The notes under the pieces were generated by a model, which had not been told where the DNA came from, did no database searches, and saw only the letters and a list, made by a program, of their open reading frames with translations. DNA of 63,803 nt, counting the filler, from Intoshia linei (Eukaryota > Animalia > Orthonectida), in assembly GCA_001642005.1 (NCBI GenBank). It is 6 parts of 6 records of this genome, joined end to end, with 100 filler letters (N's around TTAATTAATTAA, not from the genome) between each part and the next. Parts side by side here need not be neighbours in the genome. Positions count along the whole stretch, not along the records: positions 12,326 to 33,383 come from LWCA01000659.1; positions 33,484 to 55,194 come from LWCA01000628.1; 4 more parts are not named here. The stretch is one strand, 5' to 3'. How positions within the stretch are numbered: the stretch's first letter is position 1; the number at the start of each line of letters is the position of its first letter. This document shows positions 24,201 to 34,267 of this stretch, piece by piece. Made by a program: the position numbers and the translations under genes.

Positions 24201-27200
24201 TCTTTCAAGGCTGAAAACCACAATTATCCTTTTTTTAAAAAATAACACGAATCCTAGAATTTATAGAAATATATACAATGATACAGATTTTAAAATTATC
24301 AACATTATGATAAATTTCAATATCAAAAATTTATACCTTCCGGATAAACCCCAAAATGACCTACCACTACTATTACTTTCTCTTTCGTTCCTATATTATG
24401 CACAAATATTTCAAAATGAATACAAATATTTATACAGGCAGTCGCTTTTGGATCAGTCAAATAAATACACTAAAAGTCATAATAGATGTTTTACATTCAG
24501 ATGTGATTATTGAAAGTCAGATCTAATTAATCAGAGTCAATAAAAATGAATTTATATTCACATTTGGTGCCATGAAGTTAATTTCATTTTATCTGATTCA
24601 AATCTGTTATTATACAGACAGATAAGTTACACTAAAATAAAGTGGCCAAAAAAATACATACTATCACTTTTAGTTTATTAGGAATACATTTTAAGCCGAA
24701 AATTTTTATTCGTCAACATAGATAAGTAGTTTTGGATTTACATTTATCACCAAATAAACTAAAATTGATAGTACGTATTTTTTCTGGCCACTTTAACTAA
24801 AGTAGTGCGACCATAACGTTATTATACCATACCATACATATGTCTGTTTCAGAGAAAGCATAAGAAGCAAGTTATTTAGACTAAATAATATGTCACCTTA
24901 TACGATATGAGAGAATCTTATAATGCCTGCTTGTTGTGCTATCGTAAAACCCATTCTAGGTCAGGAAGCTGAAACAAAGATTAAAACAATTCCTCTATCA
25001 GACAGTAAAATAAATAGATGAATTAGTCACATTTCAGGTTATATTCAAGAACACATTATTGATGTAATTAAAATGGGAGGTATGTATGCAATTCAAATGG
25101 ATGAATCAACTGATGTCTTTGGATTTTTTCAACTTTTGTGTTTTATTCATTACATCGGTAAAAAAGGAGTTGAGGAAGATTATTTATTTTGTCAACAATT
25201 AATAGAAAAAACAACTGGTCAAGATATTTATAATACAAGATCTTATTTTCAATCAGTTTGATCACCTCTAAAAGATTGCGTTGGAATTTGCACAGATGGA
25301 GCTCCATCAATGGTTGGATCTATGAAAGGATTTGTTACTTTACTAAAAAAACACATGTTAACATGATTACTACTCATTGCTTTCTTCACCGAGAAGCATT
25401 AATAGCAAAAACGATTGGTGTATAAATGAAAATTGTTTTAAATCAAGTCGTTAAAATGGTGAATTATATCAAAACTCGACCGGTGAAATCAAGCATATTT
25501 TCTAATTTATACAAAGAAATCGGCTCACAATATATAACAATCTCCTTCTACATTCTGAAATTAGATGGATGTTAGAATTAGAGGGCCAAAACCACAAATT
25601 ACCCTTCTCTTTTTAATGAAAACAGCCCTAGAATTTCAAAAAATTTATAGGTGGTACACAGAGCCGTTTTAAGTCACTTCGTGACCCTGGGCTAAGCAAA
25701 GGACGGCAGGCCCTTTAAAGTTTTGAGCGAAGCAAAAAAGTATTTCTAAAAAAAATTTCAAGCGAAGCGATAAAAAAATTTTAGGGCCCCTTTCTAGTAG
25801 TCCCTTTTTTGAAAATTAATAAGAGAAAATCAAAGATTGTGTTTTTTGAATATTCACTTAATAGAAAGGTTTTAATGTTTAATATTATCATTTGAAACAG
25901 TTTTTATGTCAATATTATATGATAAACATATTATAGAATATATTTTAAATTGAATATTTACTAGAACTTTGATTCTTTAAACTATTTTCTTTCTAGCTAT
26001 TTGAATTCTCACACTTTAAAACTTATAAACTGTTTCTTAAGATATAAATGTGAAGTATTTTTTAATAAATTGGGGCATCTTTTTAAGATATAAGTGTAAA
26101 GTACTTTTATTAATTTTGTGGCCTTTTTTAATGAGTGGCCCTGGGCTACAGCCCATATTGCCCATGCCTTAAAACAGCTCTGGCTGTACAGTTGTATCCT
26201 GTTAAAACACAAAAAAATTTAAATCCGAATAAGTGATGACTTCACGGTCAAAAAAGCATTTTAGTATTCATATACATTTAAATGTGTTAAAAATGTAAAC
26301 GTTATATATAAATTTTTGAAATTCCGATTGTTCGAAATATCTCCGATTATTTTTCTCCGATTATTGTAAGCGATTAACCGGGTTTTCGATTAATCGATTA
26401 ATCGGATATCATTCCCTAGTGTCTATCAAATTTTGATTTAAATATAAAAGATATCTCAAAATTGAAGGAAGCTTAAGTATCTACCCTAAATTAAATATTA
26501 GTTAAAATAAATTCATTAATCTTTATTATTTATATGTTTGTATACGGCATATTTAAAAATTGATTTTTAATTATCAATAAAATTTGAAGATGATTTTCCA
26601 CTTCTTGTCCACATGATTAATACTGATCATTAATATAAATATAGCGTTGGCACTGGAGGATGCATTTCCTACAATATTGGAAAGGAGGTATTGTATTGAT
26701 TGTAGGTTTAATTTGATATAAAATTTAGTTTATCTATAAAAGGAATGGATTATTTACAACACTTGGTTTCGTGATAGATGGTTTAAAACAATTTTCGTTT
26801 ACTGTAATCATACCTTTTAAAAAATGATTACTTGCATATAACATGGTGCGCATTTTGAAAAACACCTAACATGGCTATATCACATTAAATAAAACTCACA
26901 AGCACGATTAAAAAGAGCCATATATAACCTTCGGTTTTGGTCAATAAGATATTAAAAACGAGGATTGAACATTATTACTTATTTGTGATTGAAGGCGTTA
27001 ACGTTGACATGATTTATATATTTTAACTAGGTTGACTGTTATGTACTACATACAAACAGCACCTAGCTCTGCCGAGGGCACATTTTTATTCTACCATAGA
27101 TAATCACATATACTTATATCATGTTTATTCTATATCTGCTTTCACATAATGACAATGTTCGGTGGATTTTTCCGCCGTGTTCGTCAAAAAATCTATACAC

Positions 27201-29409
27201 AGTTTGCTGTGAACATAATGATATAACACAAGTTTAGGTGTTTTTCAGAATGCTCACCGCGTAATAAATGATGTGATATATATAATAATAAATACATATA
27301 TAAAAATATAAATAATATAAAAAAATACATAAAAAGAAATAACATAACCTCAGATATTAATGGAACGTAAAGTTATCTAGATTAGTTATATGAATTATGA
27401 TAAATGATACATAATTATGTATTAATTATATTTTTACTTTAGGGGTGTGTAAATTGCACTGGAAGTGTCAACGATTGGTTGATTAAAAAATTAGGAATTG
27501 CAAAATCATTCGAAGAATTAGGTACAAGTTTATTTTTGATTTTATACAGATTGAAGATTTAATTATATCTTATTTACATGTTAATTAGAAAATTTGGCAA
27601 GTTCAGTCACATCTAGCGAGGGTGTTTACTTTATTACAGGCTTTTCTGGCATTTATACTCCTTATTGGAACCATAACGTAAAAGGGTAATTGTTTATTTA
27701 ATATATTTCAAATATTAATCGACTAGGTGAGTACATAGATGTGTGATCTCTAGAGTTAGAAATTATTGTTACTATTAAGCGATTTATATAACAATATTAC
27801 TGTGTATGTGCGTTCCTAGAAATACCAGTTTATTTGAGGGAACAGTGCTCATGGTTCACATTAAAATTGAGCATTTTAATAAATTAATCTTTTCCAAAAT
27901 CTACTGTTTGTGTGTTAAATTTAAATTTTTGTAGGTTGAGCCCTGAAAATTGAAAATTCACACCCCTAGTGTATATACAAATGTTTATAGTTAACATTTT
28001 AGAACACTTTTTGGGTTAACAATGGATACCACAAAAGCACATATTGCTAGAGCATGCTTGGAATCTGTTGCTTATCAATCGGCTTTAGTAATGATTTTTC
28101 ATTCTCATGAATTAATTATTATTTAATATCAAATTAACACTCAGTTGTATTGTTTAATTTTACGTTCTTGGCTACGTATAAGTTAAATTTAAAAATTTTC
28201 AATGTGTCACTTTTTCAATAGTTTCCCCAGTACCCTTTACTTCATTATACATATATAATCGTATGTTTAGATAATTAATGATATGAAGAAATGTGGAATA
28301 AAATTGAAAAAATTGAGTGTCGACGGTGGTATGGTAAAAAATAAAACATTTTTACAAATTCTCACAAATTATATCAATGAACCAATAGGTAATGTTATAC
28401 ATTGTAGTGTAATTTCAGTAATATAAATGTTTAATACAGTAAAATACAAATTATTTATAACGATAATTTGATTACAATGAAAATAAATACAATTAAGTTT
28501 ATATTGATATTGGATTCACTTTATGTGTAACTAATATCAATATTTACAATATTAAATTATAATGATAATTACATCATTACATAAATATTTATTATTATTA
28601 TTATACATGTTAGTACTGTTTAATTAGATAAGATTAGGGACCGGCAAAATTTTATACAATTTAGGTTACTTTTTGTAATGATAATATTTTGCGGACCTTA
28701 CATTAATTAATTAATAGTAATATACGTTTTTGACAGTAAAGATGTGAATATCATAGATCTTCATATAGTGGGAAGGTAGCACGAAAAACGATATATAATA
28801 GATCTATATTCTGTATAATGTTTTGATTGTTAGTTTTTATTAGAATAACGATAACTTAGATAGACGGGTCGATATTAAATTTTATACAAATAATGATAAT
28901 AATAAAAATTTTGGCATAAAGTAGTGTGGCCATATTTTACACGTAGAAAATATGTATTTTATGTTGCCTTGACACGAAATTTTTTATAATTGTAAAATTT
29001 TGATTTATTTTTAAAATTTATTGAGTTACAAAACAAATTTATGTCATTCCTACGTATTTATGACCTTATGATAGGGTCATATGAATTATTCAAAAAACGA
29101 TCAATTGTCAATCACTAATATTTTAAATATTCTAAAAAAAGGAAAAATTACTATTTAATAATTTAGAAGTATTTGAAATTGAGGATGCCACTGTATATGG
29201 CGCTGCATTGTTAGCTACAAAAAATTTAGACACACCTTTGTTATTAAAAAATTTCGATCTTAAAGGTACAATAAAACCGAAAATATCTGAAGCAGGTTTC
29301 ATATTTTTGTTGAAAAATGTATATTGTCTTCATAGAGAGGAATAAAAATCTTGAAAATTGGCAAAAAGCTATAAACACAGCTATTGAATACTACAAGATT
29401 AAAAATTAA
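21253..29409 (+). CDS. GK: Glycerol kinase-like protein (FGGY family), 16 exons, 497 aa, divergent substrate pocket
   Basis: Exons 21253-21309, 21348-21421, 21477-21583, 22541-22618, 22658-22728, 22774-22911, 23665-23865, 23910-23977, 26645-26687, 26729-26803, 27443-27521, 27589-27685, 28003-28087, 28271-28388, 29167-29295 and 29336-29409. They sum to 1494 nt, are all GT-AG and in phase, and have no internal stop. Motifs: IDIGTS, IGITN, WYDSR, FGTPDTWLIW, TDMTNA, GVYFITGFSGIYTPYW, HIARACLESVAYQ, VDGGMVKN, TVYGAALLA. Confidence 0.9.
21945..22436 (-). mobile_element. Helitron family A 5' half in GK intron 3
   Basis: Reverse complement of 32239-32740. 5' end reads TCCTTACTTATATAATATGCTACGCG... 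Confidence 0.75.
22933..23637 (-). mobile_element. Internally deleted hAT (Buster/Charlie-like) element in GK intron 6
   Basis: TIRs CAGTGTTTTCCAACC / GGTTGGGAAAAACTG. 8-bp TSD ttttacat/ctttacat. Minus-strand BED-finger remnant AMKPSRLLYHLKSQHPNNVNKP. Confidence 0.8.
24640..24793. mobile_element. Tc1/mariner-type MITE (~154 bp)
   Basis: ~30-bp TIRs (a/c)agtggcca(g/a)aaaaatac..actat, flanked by TA. Second copy at 54885-55037. Confidence 0.75.
24850..25572 (+). pseudogene. hAT Buster/ZBED5-type transposase remnant in GK intron 8
   Basis: Motifs IPLSD, AIQMDESTDV, EEDYLFC, TTGQDIY, CVGICTDGAPSMVG, HCFLHREAL, VKMVNYIKTRP and SEIRWM, broken by frameshifts. Confidence 0.8.
25659..26182. mobile_element. 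hAT-type MITE inserted in a Helitron fragment (25580-26275)
   Basis: TIRs CAGAGCCGTTTTAAG / CTTAAAACAGCTCTG. TSD gtggtaca/gctgtaca. The host Helitron sequence ggtggtacagttgtatcc is split at this site. Confidence 0.75.
27027..27095 (-). mobile_element. Helitron family A 3' terminus
   Basis: ctaggttgactgttatgtactacatacaaacagcacctagctctgccgaggg. Further copies at 31062, 34706, 57982 and ~62825 (+). Confidence 0.7.
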
Positions 29410-29457
29410 ATAAAATTGATAATTAGTTAATGTAATGTATTAATAAAATATATAATG

Positions 29458-30147
29458 TTACAAAGCATTTGAAAAATAGATAATATTTGATACGTCTTGA
29501 ATGTAATTTTCAAATTGATATGTTGCTACACCGTTCATGCGGATATCGTGTTTTTTGAAATAATCTGCCAATTTCTCGAGATAAAAAGTTAAATATATTA
29601 AGTGACCCAATTCGAGTTCTTCTGTATTGTTATATATGGAATATCTACTATTTTCGGAGGTTTGTTGCTTCTTAGTAAAAATAAGTAAATCTCTTACTGT
29701 TTGTTGGGAAATTCTGTATTTTGCATCTTTCAAGACTAATAATAATATTAAAAGGGTTGATAACCTATTTAAATTTTAAATATTTAAAGTGTTACATTAC
29801 ATTAAAAAGTAAATATTGAATATTTCGAATGTATAATTCCAACTCAATTCACATACAATGAATCAGTTGAATTTAAATTATAATAATTACTTCGGCATAG
29901 TTCATTCAGTGATATTGTACCTGAATTGTCAGTATCATAACGACGGAAAGCCATTCTCCATTTTTCAATACATTTCATCAATGCGTCATATTCTCTGGTG
30001 TTTACTTTTCCTGGTACAGTTTTACCGAAGGACTCTAAAAATAAATGTAATTACATGTAATTAAATGAAAAACTTATCAAAATTCCGCATGTATTGAGAT
30101 GAAATTGGGTACGACTTGTTAATTTATAAACATCGACATAATCGTCA
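29458..30147 (-). CDS. Penta-EF-hand protein (ALG-2/PDCD6/peflin-like), last three exons; 5' end unresolved
   Basis: Exons 30147-30074 (tentative acceptor), 30034-29891 and 29735-29458, in phase. Translation ...FHLNTCGILIKSFGKTVPGKVNTREYDALMKCIEKWRMAFRRYDTDNSGTISLNELCRILKDAKYRISQQTVRDLL...LADYFKKHDIRMNGVATYQFENYIQDV... shows a canonical EF3 loop DTDNSGTISLNE and PEF-type spacing. Confidence 0.7.
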
Positions 30148-30508
30148 CTTATAGAGTTATTAGGAAAAAAGTTCATCAGAAATATTATGAAAAGAAGTTT
30201 ATATCCGTAAATAAGTGTGTAAATATTTGTATTTTTTTATTTTTCTAGGTATAGCTGTTTAATACTAAAATGATGAAATTAATTACATAGTATTTGTATT
30301 AGTTACACCAAATGTGTCATGTATTTATCAAATTTAACCAATTTTCAGAACTCGCATATTTTATATTACATTTTATTTCATAGGTAACCAAGTAGAAACC
30401 TTTTAACTTTAATAGTCCAATTAAAATTATATTTTTTTATATTTATTCAATTATATTATAACGTTTTAATATGTGATTTTAACATTGAATGTAGTGTGAA
30501 TATTAGGG

Positions 30509-30798
30509 CAGAGTTGAACCTACACAGATGGACGCCATCTACCCACGAAAGACGTGGAAAGAAAAATAGGTCCGAAATTTTGACAAATTATGCAATGCAC
30601 AGTATGCATTGCGTCATATAGCCTTAGCTACGTCTCTAAAATTCTTGGCTTGATATTTTAAATTTAACAGACAAAATAGTTATAATATTCAAGAATATAA
30701 TTTTTTTAATGCTCAACTTCAAAAAATATAACCCCCATTTTACAACAATTTCGTCGAGGCTTCTGAAGAGGGAACTCGGTAGGGTAGTTTCGGCTCTG
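30509..30798. mobile_element. hAT-type MITE (290 bp)
   Basis: TIRs CAGAGTTGAACCTAC / GTAGTTTCGGCTCTG. TSD tattaggg/cattaggg (7/8). Confidence 0.75.
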
Positions 30799-31149
30799 CA
30801 TTAGGGTTTTAATACTATCAACGACGGTTAGCGTGCAAATTATGTATTTTATTTAACAAAGATGTTTATAAGAGTTGCGTTAAGCGAAGAAATAATTTTC
30901 AAATTAATACAAATTATTTTTCATATCAAATTTAATTTAATTTATTTTCATAAGTTTAAAAAGATAAATAACTACTAGGGTTGAGAATATATCTTTTCGA
31001 ATATAAATTGGTTATAAATTTAAAGAATAAAGTGTTTTTGTTTACAACAAATATATAATTACTAGGTTGACTGTTATGTACTACGTACAAACAGTACCTA
31101 GCTATACCGAGCACACATTTTTAACACACTTGAAAAAATTTTATTTTCC

Positions 31150-31260
31150 ATATTGAATAATGTTAAAAACCATAAAAGAAATAGGCTTCATGATGAAACG
31201 AGTTTGGCTTGTGTAGCGTTAAAATCAACAAGTTACGTTCGACCCATTGAACAAATTCTC
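31150..31260 (+). pseudogene. hAT (Buster/GTF2IRD2-like) transposase C-terminal remnant
   Basis: ILNNVKNHKRNRLHDETSLACVALKSTSY resembles the KxKxRxRL.D..L..CL.L dimerisation-region motif. Confidence 0.45.
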
Positions 31261-31696
31261 ATTTTGATTGCAAATTTGAGAAAATATTTTTATACTAAAA
31301 AAACTAGAAATTAATCTCTGAAAATAGTATCCAAATTAGCAATAATAGTTTGAGTTGGCTGAAATGATTTCAATTTAATATATTGCCATGACACATCATG
31401 ATAAATGATTTATATAATAATATTTATTAAAAGTTTAGACATAAATTTAAGATTCTTAATTGATATTTTTTGAACGGAAACTTTATACCTGCTCAGATTC
31501 CATTTTATGCAAAATTTCATAATTTAAATCACGTAATGTAGATGCAAACGTATGTACATCAATAGCAACTTTAAACATTTTACGCAATAAATGTGTTATA
31601 GAATCAACTACGGCATCACTATCTTCTAAATTTCATAATGTTATACAAAAACAAGAAATAATATAAATTAGGATTACTATATATGTATTATTATTC

Positions 31697-32002
31697 GTGT
31701 CCGTTCAAATGATCGTAAAATCACATGATCGTAGTTTTTTGATTGTAAATCAAAAGATCGTATTTTATAATCGTAGTTAATATTAATTTTAATATATGAT
31801 AATATTTGATCGTAGATCTACAAACCCAAGTTAAAACTGAAATATTAAGATACCATATTATACTTACAAACCATATTACAATAAAATTAGAAATATTATA
31901 TGGTGTTCACACCAGAGAATATTTTTTTATTCAATTCAATTATAAATTTTAATATTAGTATATTTTTACGATCTTTTGATTTACGATGTTTTGATAGTGC
32001 GC
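31697..32002. mobile_element. Small foldback/Mutator-like element with GATCGTA subterminal repeats
   Basis: Several gatcgta repeats on the left arm. gtaaatcaaaagatcgta (~31745) is inverted as tacgatcttttgatttac (~31967). Confidence 0.5.
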
Positions 32003-32238
32003 CATTATTATACTATTATAATTGTATTACGAGGTGGATCCATAGTTTCGATATATTTAAGTATATTATTAATAGAAAACAAGAAACATTCAGATTCTTT
32101 CAGAATCGCTGAACCCAAATTGTTAGCTACAATAAAATAAATTTTACATACACATAATAATACGCGTTATTTTCTTTATGGACACCAAATAATCACACTT
32201 GGGTGCTTTATTTTCTAAATAGTTATATTATATTATAA

Positions 32239-33383
32239 TCCTAACTTATAAAAAATGGGACACAATTTTTGTTTATGTGTGTGTGTCTGTGTGTGTGTTC
32301 AGCTTTATTTAAATAACTACCCGTCTTAGAATTTTTTAAAGACCACATTTCAATTACAGTTTTTTCCGGGACGTATAATAAGATAAATTTCAATCCTCCA
32401 ATTTTACATCTTAAGGGTCAAAAACCTCAATTATCCCTCTTTTTGAAAATCTAACGAGTTGGAGAATTTAAAAAAATATATACGCGGATGCGCATTTTAA
32501 AATCATAAATATTATCATAAATTTAAATTTAAAAAAATTATATCTTCAGGGCCAAAACCACAAATTCCTGTTTTTTGAAAACAGCCCTAGAATTTCAAAA
32601 AAATTACAGGTGGTACAGTTGTATCTTGTTAACACACATAAAAAATTTGCATCCGAATAAGTGACGACTTCACTGTCAAAAAAGCATTTTAGTATTCATA
32701 TATTTTTTTCTGAAAATATTTTATTAAAACCAAAAATATGAAATAATTAACAGTCCGAAAATTTAAAAAAAGCATTATTCTGATAGAGCTTATTTCAGTT
32801 GATTTAAATACAAAATTTCAACCCCAGAAATGTACGCATTCCCAGTGAAAAATGATTTTTAATATATTATCAACCAATATTTTTAAAATATTTCGATTAA
32901 CAATGTAACGATTAACGATGTAAAATCAAAAATTTAAAATGTAAATATTGATCCTACAATTTCAAAAACAATGTGTATTGTACGTCTACACATTTCCAAT
33001 GAAGACATATGGGTGAAAATCTAATATAATTCATTCCTTCGCAATTTTTAAATTTCAAATTTTCATTTAAAAAAATTTTTTATAATCTTCAAATTTTAAC
33101 ACTACAGCAACGAATTTATAAAATTAAATTTTATATTAACTGAAACGTTTTATTTTTATTATTGATAATTGTTTTAAATTTAACATAAAATGATAAAAAG
33201 TAAAGTAACATTCACAAGAAAAAAGGCCCAAAGTATGGACACATTTTTAACATCATTTGTATATTACAATCCTTTGCAATAATGGTAAAATTCGACTGAA
33301 ATATTTATAAAGTGAAGATTCGTGAAGTGAATTAATTATTTATACACAATTGGTATTTTTAAGTATTTATTAAATTGATACTG
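32239..33383 (+). mobile_element. Helitron family A, longest 5'-intact copy (cut by linker)
   Basis: Starts A|TCCTAACTTATA, then a (TG)n/TCTG microsatellite. Colinear with all other family copies. Confidence 0.8.
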
Positions 33384-33483
33384 NNNNNNNNNNNNNNNNN
33401 NNNNNNNNNNNNNNNNNNNNNNNNNNNTTAATTAATTAANNNNNNNNNNNNNNNNNNNNNNNNNNNNNNNNNNNNNNNNNNNN
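33384..33483. other. Assembly linker (44N-TTAATTAATTAA-44N)
   Basis: Same 100-nt cassette. Confidence 0.95.
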
Positions 33484-34267
33484 ACTTCCTAGCAAATACA
33501 AGGATTTCGTGATGGGGGAAGATGATGTGATATCGAATTAAAGAAAGGATTACTGAAGTAACTTAGAATAACGATAATAAAAATAAATATTTTTATACTT
33601 CTTAATTGTACACATCGAATAATACACCCTGGCGTATAAAATAAGATTTCTACTGTAATCCATTATTTGCAGCTCACTTATAATGCATTGATTCCGTAAC
33701 TTATAACACAAGTTCAACTTGTGTTAATCTAACAATACAATTGTATTTTCATTGCTATGTAATTATAATTATTTAAGTTGTGCCGTTTTTACCATACATT
33801 GTTTTGGGTAAATAGTGGATGATATACAAAATTCAAAATTTTACATTATCCAAACAAAGCCATCTAGAATGTAAATTCTACATTGTCAGTACTTTTATAA
33901 TTTTTGTAAACAAAAATTTGATATGTTAAAAAATTTTTCTATATTTTAATTTAATTAATATTGAAAACACTTCTTTAAAATAAAATCAACTTATTAACTT
34001 TATGGAAACTGGAGTGTATCCAATTCATGGCAATAAAATATGAAACTTAAAGTGCGATTTATGTATACATATCATTTTTACTTTTATTATTCAGACCTTA
34101 ATAAAATTAAAACTCGTTTATACAATAGACCTTTAACTATTTATTGATTATTTAAAAATAAAACAATAAAATCGACACAAATTTAAGTACGATACAAAAT
34201 ATGAATGATTTTATCATTTTTATTGATTATTTGCTTTGTTTTAATGAAAATATTTTTAATCTTCATT

